Shown here: one piece after another, positions 15,413-25,324 of the stretch | Layout: every line of letters starts with the position of its first letter | Numbering within the stretch: position 1 is the first letter of the stretch | NCBI GenBank assembly: GCA_050253335.1 | Contig: JBFWJG010000038.1 | Location: 1 to 25,324 of the forward strand | Length of the DNA stretch: 25,324 nucleotides | Reading direction: 5' to 3' | Source of the DNA: Deferribacterales bacterium | GTDB lineage: Bacteria > Chrysiogenota > Deferribacteres > Deferribacterales > Geovibrionaceae | Notes under the pieces: model-generated | Told to the model about the DNA's origin: nothing | What the model saw: the letters and a program-made list of their open reading frames with translations, nothing else | Databases searched by the model: none | Made by a program: the position numbers and the translations under genes

Positions 15413-17779
15413 TTAAAATTTCAAAATAAATGCTGTTCCGTTATTGTTTTCTATGCGCAGATCTCCGGCAAGCTGTGAGGAAAGCGATGTTATTATCTGG
15501 GAGCCAAGGGAATCTGAGTTCCTGAAATGCTCCGCATCCTCAATACCTTTTCCGTTGTCGGCTATCGTAATCTCTCTTTTTCCGTCATCAGTAAAGCATA
15601 CACGTATAATTATGCGTGCTTCAACCGAGTTTTTGCTGAAGGCGTGTTTGTAGCAGTTGGTAATTATTTCTGTTATAAGGAGGCTTATGGCTATGGATTC
15701 ATCCAGATTCAGCCTCATCTCGCAGCAGTCCACATCCACATATACGGGACAGACCGATGTGTATGTCATCGCTATCTCACCGACAAGCTTTGTCAGATAA
15801 GCCTTGAAATCCAGCCCCTGGGCGCTGTCGCCCCTGTAGAGCATCTCATGGATCACGGCCATGGACTTTATTCTCTGAATGCTGTTGCGGAAATAGCTGA
15901 CCGCTTTCTCATCACTGAGATATTCACTCTGAATGCTGAGCAGGCTGCTGACAATCTGAAGGTTGTTTTTCACCCTGTGGTGTATCTCCCTTATGAGGAA
16001 GTTTTTCTCCTCCAGACCAGCTATCAGGCCGTCCTTTATGCTCCTTTCCTCCGTGATGTCCCTGAAAACAAGAACACCTCCGTGTTCGTATGAGTCATGC
16101 TCAATTTTATTTATGTTGTAGGCAACGGGAATCACATCACCCTCACTGTTCCTGAAAAAAGCTTCGCCCCTGTGTATGCCTCTGTTTTTGTGAACAGCCT
16201 CAAGAATCGGCGACTCCTGCCCCTCCGTCTCGCTCAGAAGCATCTCGCTTATGTTTCCCGGCTGAGCCTGAGGGGTGTATTTCAGGATTCTGGCGGCGGA
16301 GCTGTTCATAAAGGTGATGTTCATGGCTCCGTCAAAAACAGTCACCCCCTCATCCATGGCGTTAAGAAGAGCCTTATGGATATTCTCAAGGCTGAACAGG
16401 CGGTTTGAAAGATATCTCTCATTGCTTTTGTCCAGCACTATGGCAAAGATATATTCCTTTTCCCTGAAGCGCACCTTGGCGCAGAGCAGAAGAAAATCCT
16501 TCGTAGTATTCTTCTCTGTTTTCAGGGTGCACTGCATTTTCCCCTGTCCTTCCGTTTCGATTTTCCTTAGGAACTCCCCTGAAAAAGGGTTCTGCATGAA
16601 AAAAGCATCGGAGAGAACAGAGGTTTTCAGCGCCTCCACTCCTGTACCGAAAAAAATTTCCGCCGCGCGGTTCGCATCCTCAATCACGAGGTTTTTTATG
16701 TTTATGAAAAGCATGGGCACACCTGAAAGCCTGAACATGCCCTCGTACCATTCCATTCTGTTGAGGTTTTCCCTGAACTTCATATATTTTTCGGATACAT
16801 CAAACACAAATCCTGTCAGTGAGGAAAAGCTTCCGTCAGAGGAATATTCGGGTATGTTATAAAACTCAAGCCACCTGAGCCTCCCCTCCGAATCCGTGAA
16901 GGGGAGAGATTCCATTTCAGCGGAGTTTCCCCCCTGTCCTCTTCTTTTTTCATAGTCGGCTATGCGCTTTATTATTTCCGTGTTCTGCGCCTCATCCCCG
17001 CTGAAGCCCATGAGTTTTGCGGCGTTCGCGCTGAGCACCTCCACGGAAGCCTGCGGACGGAAGTTGAAGCTGTAATAGGCTGAACTGCCTGTGCTGCTGA
17101 GCTTGTCCAGTATAACGGAGAGATGCTTCTCAAGCTTTTTTACCTTTTCAAAGTGCATTATTATCACGCCCACGGAAACTGTGAACGTGAAGAACACCGC
17201 GAGCTGAAAGCCCGCCGAGAAGTACTGGATGTTCACCGAGCCTTCCCTCGCCGCCTGCTCAAAAATCGGGTAGGTAAGCTTATGCAGACCCCAGAGGATG
17301 AGGGAGATTCCGGTTATATTTTTCCCGAATCCCGCGAAGGATCTGGAAATAAGGATGATTACCCCTGTGTATGCGAACGAGGCGGCGGAAACGATGAAGA
17401 CAGCCGTATCCGCCTTGTAAAACCCTGCTCCATTGATCAGAGCCGCCACTAGAATAAGCTCCGCCGCCGCACCTGCCGGAAGAACAAACCTCGGCTTTTT
17501 TCTGTCCACCAGCATATGGGCGCCGATTATCAGAAGCATCGACCCTGCCAGAACAAACGAGTTTTTCAGAAACAGCAGGAAGGAGGTCTCCCCGCTTATC
17601 TGTGCGATAATCTGGACAATATATCTGAATATGCTGAACAGCCAGCTGTATCCCCATATTTTGAGATAATCGTTCCTCTCGTTCATGTAAAGATACATAA
17701 ACATGAACATTCCCGCGGCGGACGCCGTAAGGATCCCGATTATTTCATGGACAAAATCTGCCTGCATAATAAAAGACAC
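15413..17779 (-). CDS. Membrane sensor kinase, about 7 TM + PAS domains + HisKA_2/HATPase
   Basis: Hydrophobic N-terminal ~210 aa; EIHHRVKNNLQIVSSLL; TNCYKHAF; DNGKG. Start is GTG 17779 or ATG 17767. Confidence 0.9.
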   Translation of the reverse strand: MSFIMQADFVHEIIGILTASAAGMFMFMYLYMNERNDYLKIWGYSWLFSIFRYIVQIIAQISGETSFLLFLKNSFVLAGSMLLIIGAHMLVDRKKPRFVLPAGAAAELILVAALINGAGFYKADTAVFIVSAASFAYTGVIILISRSFAGFGKNITGISLILWGLHKLTYPIFEQAAREGSVNIQYFSAGFQLAVFFTFTVSVGVIIMHFEKVKKLEKHLSVILDKLSSTGSSAYYSFNFRPQASVEVLSANAAKLMGFSGDEAQNTEIIKRIADYEKRRGQGGNSAEMESLPFTDSEGRLRWLEFYNIPEYSSDGSFSSLTGFVFDVSEKYMKFRENLNRMEWYEGMFRLSGVPMLFINIKNLVIEDANRAAEIFFGTGVEALKTSVLSDAFFMQNPFSGEFLRKIETEGQGKMQCTLKTEKNTTKDFLLLCAKVRFREKEYIFAIVLDKSNERYLSNRLFSLENIHKALLNAMDEGVTVFDGAMNITFMNSSAARILKYTPQAQPGNISEMLLSETEGQESPILEAVHKNRGIHRGEAFFRNSEGDVIPVAYNINKIEHDSYEHGGVLVFRDITEERSIKDGLIAGLEEKNFLIREIHHRVKNNLQIVSSLLSIQSEYLSDEKAVSYFRNSIQRIKSMAVIHEMLYRGDSAQGLDFKAYLTKLVGEIAMTYTSVCPVYVDVDCCEMRLNLDESIAISLLITEIITNCYKHAFSKNSVEARIIIRVCFTDDGKREITIADNGKGIEDAEHFRNSDSLGSQIITSLSSQLAGDLRIENNNGTAFILKF

Positions 17780-17786
17780 CGCCCTG

Positions 17787-18851
17787 TCAGCTTTTGCAGT
17801 ACGAAACTACAAAAGGAGCAATATTCCCCAGAGGAAGCACCTTCTGCGCCGCTCCCAGTTCTATCGCCACCTTGGGCATTCCGAAAACAACGCTTGTCGA
17901 CTCATCCTGAGCTATGGTGAAGGCTCCCGTCTCTCTGAGTTCCAGAAGCCCCTTTGCGCCGTCATCCCCCATCCCGGTCATTATCACGGCCACCGCATTG
18001 GGACCCACATACCGCGCCCCTGAGCGGAACAGCACATCAACCGAAGGTCTGTGTCTGCTGACCAGCGGCCCTTCCTTTATTTCCGCGAAGTATCTTGCGC
18101 CGCTTCTTTTTATGAGGGTGTGCCTGTTTCCCGGGGCGATAAGCGCCCTTCCGGGGAGAACCGTATCTCCGTTTTCCGCTTCCTTCACGCTGATTTTGCA
18201 GAGGGAGTCAAGCCTTTGGGCAAAGGAGGCGGTGAAGTTCTCCGGCATATGCTGAACAATGACTATGCCCGGCGAATCCGGCGGCATGGCTGTCAGGAAG
18301 ACAGTGAGCGCTTCCGTTCCTCCGGTTGAGGCACCCACAAGAATAACCTTCTCCGTGGTTTCCATCATGGCCTTGCTTGTGCCTTTGGGGATTATGACAT
18401 CCGCTGTCAGCTTTGGCTGAACAGTGTAGGATGATGCGGATATTTTTTTTACCGATGCTTTGGCCGCAGCCTTCACGGCATCACAAATGAGTATCTTGGA
18501 TTCTTCAAGGAAAGCCTTTGTTCCTGACTTTGGCTTCTGGATCACATCAACCGCGCCGTACTCCATCGCCTTTATCAGGGTCTGAGAGCTCTGCACAGTG
18601 AGGCTGGAACACATAACAACAGGTATGGGGTGCTGGGACATGAGTTTTTTCAGAAAGGTTATACCGTCCATTCTGGGCATTTCAACATCCAGAGTTATAA
18701 CATCCGGCACGAAATGCTTCATCCTCTCCGCCGCATAGAACGGATCCTGACATGAAACAACCTCGCTTATCTCCGGATCAGAAGACAGAATCTCCGTGAG
18801 AGTCTGTCTGACAACGGCGGAATCATCGACAACAAGAACCTTCAAACCCAT
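17787..18851 (-). CDS. cheB: Chemotaxis response regulator methylesterase CheB
   Basis: REC domain plus GASTGG, QHMP, HRPSVD and GMGDDG motifs. Confidence 0.97.
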   Translation of the reverse strand: MGLKVLVVDDSAVVRQTLTEILSSDPEISEVVSCQDPFYAAERMKHFVPDVITLDVEMPRMDGITFLKKLMSQHPIPVVMCSSLTVQSSQTLIKAMEYGAVDVIQKPKSGTKAFLEESKILICDAVKAAAKASVKKISASSYTVQPKLTADVIIPKGTSKAMMETTEKVILVGASTGGTEALTVFLTAMPPDSPGIVIVQHMPENFTASFAQRLDSLCKISVKEAENGDTVLPGRALIAPGNRHTLIKRSGARYFAEIKEGPLVSRHRPSVDVLFRSGARYVGPNAVAVIMTGMGDDGAKGLLELRETGAFTIAQDESTSVVFGMPKVAIELGAAQKVLPLGNIAPFVVSYCKS

Positions 18852-18855
18852 ATTC

Positions 18856-19350
18856 TCAACCTGCGCTCACTGTATTCCTGAGATTTTTCATAAAAACACG
18901 GCCTTCGGCGGAATAAAAATACAGCTTTCTGCCCATATCACCGCCCACATCCTGAGCGGTTATCCTGTAGCCGAGATCTGCCAGGGAGGCAAAAGCGGCC
19001 TGTGTATTTTTTGCGCCGATGGTTTCTCTTTTCACCTTGCCGGCCTCAGTCCGGAACATGTCCGCGCCGCCGAAAACCTTTACTTCGATATCAGAAGGAA
19101 AAGCCCCCCATGAGCGGAACCTGCTGTGCATGTAAGCTATTGAGCTGTCCACAAATTTATTGGTATAAGAGGAACCCTCGCCCACAACGCAAACATTGAA
19201 GGAGGGGAGCATGGCGTGACACATTCCGCCTATTTTCAGCGCCGGCCAGAACATCACCACGGAAATGCACGAGCCCAGAACGGTGCTCACCACCGCAGGT
19301 TCCCTTTCGATATACATTTCACATGGTTTCAGATAAATGTTTCTGATCAA
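18856..19350 (-). CDS. cheD: Chemoreceptor glutamine deamidase CheD (start uncertain)
   Basis: [24 protein letters not shown] and DVGG..GRK motifs. TTG 19350 chosen; ATG 19410 would overlap cheR by 44 nt. Confidence 0.88.
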   Translation of the reverse strand: MIRNIYLKPCEMYIEREPAVVSTVLGSCISVVMFWPALKIGGMCHAMLPSFNVCVVGEGSSYTNKFVDSSIAYMHSRFRSWGAFPSDIEVKVFGGADMFRTEAGKVKRETIGAKNTQAAFASLADLGYRITAQDVGGDMGRKLYFYSAEGRVFMKNLRNTVSAG

Positions 19351-19366
19351 TGGCTTTATTCCGGTG

Positions 19367-20215
19367 TCATAATTTTCTGTAAACTGTAGGGGCGACTGTT
19401 TCCACATCAAGGTTCATCCCGTGTATCGTTTCTGAATGTCCGAGAAAAAGAAACCTCCCCGGCTTCAGATGACTCACGAGTCTTCTCAGTATTTTTTCCT
19501 GAGTTTCTCTGTCAAAATATATTATAACATTACGGCAGAATATTATATCGTAATCCTTATCATGAGAAAACTTTTCATCCATGAGATTGAGGCGGGCGAA
19601 CTTCACCGATTTTCTTATAAACGGCTTCAGGCGCACCTTACAGTCATTTCTGTCCTTTGACCGCAGGAAATATTTTTTTTTGATTTCAAAAGGAAGCTGG
19701 GATATTTTCTCTTCATCGTAAACAGCGAGACATGCTTTTTTAAGCACTTCCGTGGAAATATCCGTAGCGAGGATATCAAAGTTCCAGCCTTTGATGTTTT
19801 CGAAAAAGCCGTGAAGCTCCATAGAGAGGGTGTAGGGTTCCTCCCCGCTTGAGCATCCGGCGCTCCAGACTTTCACCCTTGAAGCGTCATTATCCTTGAG
19901 CAGGTAAGGCAGAACCCTGTCCCGCATGTATTCAAAATGGCCGGGCTCACGGTAAAAATCGGTCTTGTTTGTGGTTATCACGTCAATGAGGCTGACTATC
20001 TCCTCTTCCCCCTCGCCGGAGGTGAAGACATAGTCCAGATATTCCTCATAAGTATTGAAGCCGTATTTCCGCAGGCGCTTCCTGAGGCGCCCCTCAACCA
20101 TCTGCTTCTTTGTGGGCGGGAGTTTGATTCCGCAGTGATTTTCTATAAAATACTTTATCCTGTCAAATTCCGCAGAAGTGAGATTCTGCCGGAAAACTTC
20201 AAAATTCGAAACCAT
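19367..20215 (-). CDS. cheR: Chemotaxis methyltransferase CheR
   Basis: TTNKTDFYRE, WSAGCSSGEEPY, IFCRNVIIYFD and GHSE motifs. Confidence 0.97.
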   Translation of the reverse strand: MVSNFEVFRQNLTSAEFDRIKYFIENHCGIKLPPTKKQMVEGRLRKRLRKYGFNTYEEYLDYVFTSGEGEEEIVSLIDVITTNKTDFYREPGHFEYMRDRVLPYLLKDNDASRVKVWSAGCSSGEEPYTLSMELHGFFENIKGWNFDILATDISTEVLKKACLAVYDEEKISQLPFEIKKKYFLRSKDRNDCKVRLKPFIRKSVKFARLNLMDEKFSHDKDYDIIFCRNVIIYFDRETQEKILRRLVSHLKPGRFLFLGHSETIHGMNLDVETVAPTVYRKL

Positions 20216-20229
20216 TCTCCACCTTTTTG

Positions 20230-20273
20230 TTCCTGCCCGCCCCGAAGGATCTTAATCCGCGGAGCGGGCGGAA
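20230..20273. other. Intergenic GC-rich hairpin between MCP and cheR
   Basis: TTCC-T-GCCCGCCCCG..GGAT-CTTA-ATCC..CGGAGCGGGC-GGAA imperfect inverted repeat; no U-tract on the coding strand. Confidence 0.55.
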
Positions 20274-20290
20274 TTTACTGAATATTCATA

Positions 20291-22336
20291 TTAATAACTC
20301 ACAAACTCTTCATCAAGCTTGTCGTTGTCATCGTTCATGTTAAGGCTCACGCCCTTTGAGGCTCCGCTCTTTTTAAGTTCCTTGGGAGTGGGCAGGGCAG
20401 AGGGTCTGCCTGTTTTAAAAGAAGCCTGCTTCGGCCTGTAACCTTCGCTTCTGGAGCCGCCGCTCATTTTGAAGAATGACACCGCATGCTGAAGAGCCTC
20501 TGCCTGGCTTGAAAGCTCCTCCGCTGTGGAGGCCATCTCTTCCGATGCGCCAGCATTTCTCTGTATAACCTGATCAAGCTGCTGTATGGCGCTGTTTATC
20601 TGCTCTGCACCTGTTCTCTGCTCGGTGCTGGAGGCTGTTATCTCCTGCACAAGCTCGGATGTTTTCTGTATGTCCGGCAAAATCTGCTGGAGGAGGGAAC
20701 CGGCACGCTCGGCCACCTCAACACTGCTTACTGAGAGCTCGCTTATCTCACCTGCCGCTTCCTGTGAGCGTTCGGCAAGCTTGCGAACCTCGCTCGCAAC
20801 AACAGCGAAGCCTTTTCCGTGCTCCCCTGCCCTTGCGGCCTCTATGGCGGCGTTCAGCGCGAGGAGGTTTGTCTGGCGGGCTATCTCTTCTATTATCGAG
20901 ATTTTGCCTGCTATGTCCTTCATCGCCTTCACGGTAAGTTCAACGGCCTGTCCGCCTTCTTTGGCATCGTCCGCCGCCTTGCGGGCTATTTTTTCAGTCT
21001 GAAGTGCGTTGTCCGCGTTCTGGTTTATGTTGGAGGTCATCTCCTCCATAGAGCTTGAGGCCTCTTCCGCCGCCGCCGCCTGCTCTGTCGCGCCCTGAGA
21101 CATCTCCTGAGCCGCGCTGCTGAGCTGTTCGCTGCCTGCGGAAACATTTTCCGAGGAGTTTTTCACATCGGAGACTATCTCCCTGAGTTTTGCTATCATA
21201 TCTCTGAGCGAAGCCGCAAGCTGGCCTATCTCGTCTTTGCTTTCCAGATCTATGTGCGCGTCCAGATTGCCCGCCGCAACCTGACGGGCGAACTCGACAC
21301 CCATGAAGAGAGGCTTGGTTATCATTCTGGTCATCACCACCGCGAGGATAACACCTATTACAAGAGAGATTACCAGACCTGTCATCATAACAAAAGTGGA
21401 AGCATTCAGCACTGAAACCGCTTTCTGGGCTATTTCCGTGGTCTGAGTCATCCCTGCGACAGCGATATTCTGCGCGCCTTCAAGAAGCTTTCCGGCAGCG
21501 GCGCCGCGCTTTTCACCTATGGCGGCCGCTTCCCTTCCGGCGGTGACAAGGCTCTCTACCCCTTTTTTATAGTTATCAAGCGCCGTTTTTATTCCGGCAA
21601 GCTGGTTCAGGTTATCCTGTTTGCGGGTGATCGAGGTTATCTTTTCAATAAGACCAAGCATTCCGTCAAATTTCGGGAAAACTGAGTTAAGAACCTCGAT
21701 GTCCCCTGAGGACTGAGCCTTCCACACCTCAATGCGTATGAAGTTTCCGTCCATGATAACCTGATTTATCATCGCGACTTTTCTGGCTCTTTCCGCAAGC
21801 TTGTCCGCACTCACCCCGCTGCGTATTTCAGCGAGGAGCTCCTCTTCCTGATCGTGGAGATATGCTTCGGAATTCTGCATGAACAGACCTGCGGCAGTGT
21901 TCATTTTATTCACTGTTTCAAGAATGACCCTGTTTACCGCGTCAGTTGATTTCGCAAGAGCCTCATATTCATTGGCGGATGCCAGAACATCCCCCGCCGT
22001 GGCGGTGAGTGTTTTCAGGTTTTTTGACCTGTCCGCCAGCGCCTGAATATCCGCTATGTGTTTTTTCAGCTCGGCGAAACCGTCCAGAGCCTTCTTATAA
22101 TCATCCTCATGCCTTGTGTACTGATAAGTACGCATATTCTGCATGACGCCGGCGTTTGTTCTTTCGATCTTTCCGGCCAGTTCCACTTCCGGCACATATT
22201 CCTCGGAGAGCTTCAGCGACTCCGTTTTGACCCTGGACATATTAAGCATCGCCACCGCACCCAGTAAGGCGATAATGAGAATAAGCAGCCCGAAAGCCAT
22301 GCCGAGTTTCATTCCAAGTTTCATATTCTTGAACAT
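20291..22336 (-). CDS. Methyl-accepting chemotaxis protein (large helical periplasmic domain, HAMP, C-terminal pentapeptide)
   Basis: Two TMs, HAMP (DEIGQLA), [30 protein letters not shown]; ends EFVSY. Confidence 0.96.
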   Translation of the reverse strand: MFKNMKLGMKLGMAFGLLILIIALLGAVAMLNMSRVKTESLKLSEEYVPEVELAGKIERTNAGVMQNMRTYQYTRHEDDYKKALDGFAELKKHIADIQALADRSKNLKTLTATAGDVLASANEYEALAKSTDAVNRVILETVNKMNTAAGLFMQNSEAYLHDQEEELLAEIRSGVSADKLAERARKVAMINQVIMDGNFIRIEVWKAQSSGDIEVLNSVFPKFDGMLGLIEKITSITRKQDNLNQLAGIKTALDNYKKGVESLVTAGREAAAIGEKRGAAAGKLLEGAQNIAVAGMTQTTEIAQKAVSVLNASTFVMMTGLVISLVIGVILAVVMTRMITKPLFMGVEFARQVAAGNLDAHIDLESKDEIGQLAASLRDMIAKLREIVSDVKNSSENVSAGSEQLSSAAQEMSQGATEQAAAAEEASSSMEEMTSNINQNADNALQTEKIARKAADDAKEGGQAVELTVKAMKDIAGKISIIEEIARQTNLLALNAAIEAARAGEHGKGFAVVASEVRKLAERSQEAAGEISELSVSSVEVAERAGSLLQQILPDIQKTSELVQEITASSTEQRTGAEQINSAIQQLDQVIQRNAGASEEMASTAEELSSQAEALQHAVSFFKMSGGSRSEGYRPKQASFKTGRPSALPTPKELKKSGASKGVSLNMNDDNDKLDEEFVSY
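20513..21127. repeat. MCP signalling-domain repeat, copy A
   Basis: Ungapped high nucleotide similarity to 23209-23823 at a constant offset of 2696. Confidence 0.85.
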
Positions 22337-22407
22337 TTTGACCCCTCGCTTTGTATTAGCAGTGAACTTGCTGCGTTCATGCAGAGATCAGATATAAATC
22401 ACTCTAG

Positions 22408-22429
22408 GGAGGGAGGCTCAGCTCCCTCC
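22408..22429. other. Intergenic hairpin between cheW and the downstream MCP
   Basis: GGAGGGAG-GCTCAG-CTCCCTCC, 8-bp perfect stem. Confidence 0.5.
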
Positions 22430-22463
22430 GTTGTTTATGTTTCTTGTGTTGTCAAGTCAGGGT

Positions 22464-22961
22464 TTAGGAAGCATTCTCCTGAAGCCCTGAATACATGCTC
22501 AGCTCATCAGCGGAGAAAACTTTGTTAATATTCAGGATAATCACAAAACCCTCGTCCTTTTTCGCCATACCCTGAATAAATTCCGTATTAAGCTGCGTGC
22601 CGATTCTGGGAGCGGGTTCAATAAACTCCTTCTCAAAATCCACAACCTCCTGCACAGAGTCGGCCAGCGCGCCGAGTATCGCGCTTTCACCATCGAGGGA
22701 AACCTCCACAATGATTATGCACGTGTTCACTGTGCGCTCCGTGGCGGACATGCCGAATTTGAGCTTCAGGTCAATAACGGGAACAACATTGCCCCTGAGA
22801 TTGATTACCCCGCGCATAAAATCCGGCGTCTGGGGAACTTTGGTGACATTGGTGTAGTCAAGCACCTCCCTGACGGACATGATGTTCACTCCGAACACCT
22901 CTTCGCCCATCTTAAAGGTAAGCACCTGGCAGCTTCCGGTGTCGTTTATGTTTTCCGACAT
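22464..22961 (-). CDS. cheW: Chemotaxis coupling protein CheW
   Basis: VPQTPDFMRGVINLRGNVVPVIDL; GGAGG RBS. Confidence 0.96.
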   Translation of the reverse strand: MSENINDTGSCQVLTFKMGEEVFGVNIMSVREVLDYTNVTKVPQTPDFMRGVINLRGNVVPVIDLKLKFGMSATERTVNTCIIIVEVSLDGESAILGALADSVQEVVDFEKEFIEPAPRIGTQLNTEFIQGMAKKDEGFVIILNINKVFSADELSMYSGLQENAS

Positions 22962-22977
22962 AACTACCTCCGATTTG

Positions 22978-24978
22978 TCAGTAACTTATAAACTCATCAT
23001 CTAGTTTATCGTGGTCGCTTCCCGAAAGGTTCAGCTCCACTCCTTCCCCGTGCTTTTTCCCGGTTGCGGGTTTAAGCGCGGGTGTTTTGCCTGAATTAAA
23101 ATGCGCTGTTCTGGTCACAGCCTTTTTGTGTCTGGATGAGGATATCCCCGAACCGTCCTTCATCTTGAAGAACTGCATTGTCTGTTCGAGGGCTTCCGCC
23201 TGACTTGCAAGCTCCTCCGCAGTGGAGGCCATCTCTTCCGATGCGCCCGCGTTCTGCTGGATAACCTGATCAAGCTGCTGAATCGCGCTGTTTATCTGCT
23301 CCGCTCCGGTTCTCTGCTCGCCGCTGGAGGCGGTTATCTCCTGAACCAGCTCGGCTGTTTTCTGTATGTCCGGCAGAATCTGCTGGAGGAGGCTGCCCGC
23401 TTTTTCCGCTATCTCCACGCTTGTGGTGGAAAGTTCGCTTATCTCTCTTGCCGCTTCCTGTGAGCGTTCGGCAAGCTTGCGGACCTCGCTCGCGACAACG
23501 GCGAAGCCTTTTCCGTGTTCCCCTGCCCTTGCTGCCTCTATGGCGGCGTTGAGCGCGAGGAGGTTTGTCTGGCGGGCTATCTCTTCTATTATCGAGATTT
23601 TGCCTGCTATGTCCTTCATCGCCTTCACTGTCTGGTCAACCGCGTGTCCGCCCTCTTTGGCATCGTCCGCCGCTTTGCGGGCTATTTTTTCAGTCTGAAG
23701 GGCGTTGTCCGCGTTCTGGTTTATGTTGGAGGTCATCTCCTCCATGGAGCTTGAGGCCTCTTCCGCCGCAGCAGCCTGTTCTGTCGCGCCCTGAGACATC
23801 TCCTGAGCCGCGCCGCTGAGCTGTCCGCTTCCGGAGGAAACATTAAGCGAAGCCGCCTTGACCTCAAGAACTATTGCGCGGAGCTTGTTTATCATATCCT
23901 TCATTGCCGCGGCGAGCAGACCCACCTCATCCTTCTGGTCAAGGTTTATGTCGGCGTCAAGGTTTCCGTTAGCCACTTCCCGCGCAAATGAAACACCCAT
24001 GTTGATCGGGCCTGTTATGCCTTTGGTGATCACAACCCCTGCACCGATGCCGAAAACAAGAGCCACGGCAGACATAATAAGAATCATCACAAGAGCGCTC
24101 CTGAAGTCTGACATCATCATCTCGGAGCTTGCCGCGTTTGCCGCCGCTGTCACATCCGCCGCTGCTCTGGCGCTGTCTATCATTTCCTGATCAATTTTTA
24201 CCTGTTCCGCGTTCTGCTCAATGTAGACAGAGAGGTTGTCGCTGTAATCGTCTATCGATTTTATGAGCGATGCAGCGCTCTCTATATTGTTTTTATTCTG
24301 AAAGGAAGCCTTCATGGCCTCCGCTGTTGCTTTTGCTTTCTGTATGCGCTCACGGACATTTTCAGCGTCCTTGGTATCGCCTGTGTCCTTAAACTGCCAG
24401 AAAAGCCTTCTGGCTTCTGCGATATCCATCATTATCGTGTAGGCGTTGACAACTTTCTCAATCTTGTCGTTAAGAACAGCGGCGTCTCTGGTGGCGGAAG
24501 CGATAAGCGCGTTAAACTGCTTAACCTGATCCTGCGCTGTTTTCTCCGCTTCCGATATCGCGTTCAGAGCGGCGGTGACCATTCTGGCCTCGTCGGTGAC
24601 TTTTGTTTTGTCAACCTCAACATACCTGTCAAAAGCCGCCTTGTACTGAGTCACGCCGTCCAGTATTTTATTTACCTCAGCGGTGATGCTCTGGTCGTCC
24701 ATCCTTTCGGATACGGCTCCGGCCCTTGCCTTCAGCCCCTCGATCTCCTTCTGCATATTGTCCTGAGAAGCCTGATCCTTTCTTATGACGTAGTTCTTTT
24801 CCTGCTGGCGGGCATTGAGTATAAACTCGCCCACAGTCCACATATCTTCGGAATACTCAACGCTTCCGAGCACTTTGTTCATTCCGGTGTATCCGGCGAG
24901 GCCTACCATAAGAGTAAGCAGAAGGACAATACCGAAACCTATCATCAGCTTCATGCCGATCTTCAGATTCTTCAACAT
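22978..24978 (-). CDS. Methyl-accepting chemotaxis protein (HBM-like periplasmic domain, HAMP, C-terminal pentapeptide)
   Basis: Start MLKNLKIG at 24978 with GGAGG RBS; two TMs; conserved hairpin tip; ends EFISY. Confidence 0.96.
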   Translation of the reverse strand: MLKNLKIGMKLMIGFGIVLLLTLMVGLAGYTGMNKVLGSVEYSEDMWTVGEFILNARQQEKNYVIRKDQASQDNMQKEIEGLKARAGAVSERMDDQSITAEVNKILDGVTQYKAAFDRYVEVDKTKVTDEARMVTAALNAISEAEKTAQDQVKQFNALIASATRDAAVLNDKIEKVVNAYTIMMDIAEARRLFWQFKDTGDTKDAENVRERIQKAKATAEAMKASFQNKNNIESAASLIKSIDDYSDNLSVYIEQNAEQVKIDQEMIDSARAAADVTAAANAASSEMMMSDFRSALVMILIMSAVALVFGIGAGVVITKGITGPINMGVSFAREVANGNLDADINLDQKDEVGLLAAAMKDMINKLRAIVLEVKAASLNVSSGSGQLSGAAQEMSQGATEQAAAAEEASSSMEEMTSNINQNADNALQTEKIARKAADDAKEGGHAVDQTVKAMKDIAGKISIIEEIARQTNLLALNAAIEAARAGEHGKGFAVVASEVRKLAERSQEAAREISELSTTSVEIAEKAGSLLQQILPDIQKTAELVQEITASSGEQRTGAEQINSAIQQLDQVIQQNAGASEEMASTAEELASQAEALEQTMQFFKMKDGSGISSSRHKKAVTRTAHFNSGKTPALKPATGKKHGEGVELNLSGSDHDKLDDEFISY
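23209..23823. repeat. MCP signalling-domain repeat, copy B
   Basis: Paralogous to 20513-21127. Confidence 0.85.
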
Positions 24979-25022
24979 AATAACCTCCAAGGTTTTCAGA
25001 TAAAAAATTTATAAAAATGTAT

Positions 25023-25324
25023 TTACTCTATGCCGTGGTAAATCTTCACGGCGTCAATGATCAGCGCAACCGATCCGTCGCCGAGTATCGATGCTCCCGA
25101 TACACCGTGAACCTCCTTGAATATTTTTCCGAGTGACTTGATAACCGTCTGGTGGTCGCCTATTACGGCGTCAGTGACGAAGCCCACCCTTCTTCCCTCT
25201 ATCTCCGTAACCACTATCTGCTGAATCTCCGGTACTTCGCCTTTGATTCCGAAAAGCTCGCGGAGCTTGATGTAGGGCACTATGTCGCCCCGAACCTGAA
25301 TTATGCTTCTGCCGTGGGAGTTCG
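25023..25324 (-). CDS. cheA: Chemotaxis histidine kinase CheA, 3' end (P5/CheW-like domain), truncated by the window
   Basis: Frame open to the edge: ...IIQVRGDIVPYIKLRELF...GDHQTVIKSLG...GASILGDGSVALIID. Confidence 0.9.
   Translation of the reverse strand, partial: NSHGRSIIQVRGDIVPYIKLRELFGIKGEVPEIQQIVVTEIEGRRVGFVTDAVIGDHQTVIKSLGKIFKEVHGVSGASILGDGSVALIIDAVKIYHGIE

Noticed and set aside
12463..16862. Plus-strand ORFs of up to 298 aa opposite the signalling genes
   Set aside because: Shadow ORFs lying entirely within confident minus-strand CDSs.
1..25324. CRISPR arrays, tRNA/rRNA, IS elements, prophage or defence genes
   Set aside because: None seen: no regularly spaced repeats, transposase or integrase motifs, and intergenic spaces are short.

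Overview
Bacterial chromosomal window of roughly 50% GC. Gene content and style resemble a Deferribacterota/Desulfobacterota-type anaerobe, which is inference only. Nearly all genes are on the minus strand. From right to left: an F8-like chemotaxis cluster (cheA 3' end, MCP, cheW, MCP, cheR, cheD, cheB); a HisKA_2 membrane kinase, a hybrid kinase and a sigma54 response regulator; an Rrf2 regulator heading a non-canonical cbb3 oxidase operon; a convergent pair (YtkA/FixH-like exported protein and DsbD_2/TauE-like membrane protein); a DUF2318 + FtsX/MacB-type ABC operon with a long structured 5' leader; and the 5' end of a DUF3365 sensor gene. The oxidase operon reads ccoN, ccoO fused to an extra cytochrome c domain, a heme-less ccoP N-terminal fragment, ccoQ-like, ccoG, ccoH, a 28-aa membrane peptide, ccoS, ccoI. 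Four genes missing from the ORF track were read directly: the DUF3365 gene, ccoQ-like, ccoS and the 28-aa peptide. Best leads: a 25-bp operator-like palindrome shared by the rrf2-cco and DUF2318-ABC promoters, the split CcoO/CcoP architecture, the 28-aa peptide, the KYRML-acidic motif shared by CcoQ and CcoS, and a switch-like RNA leader.
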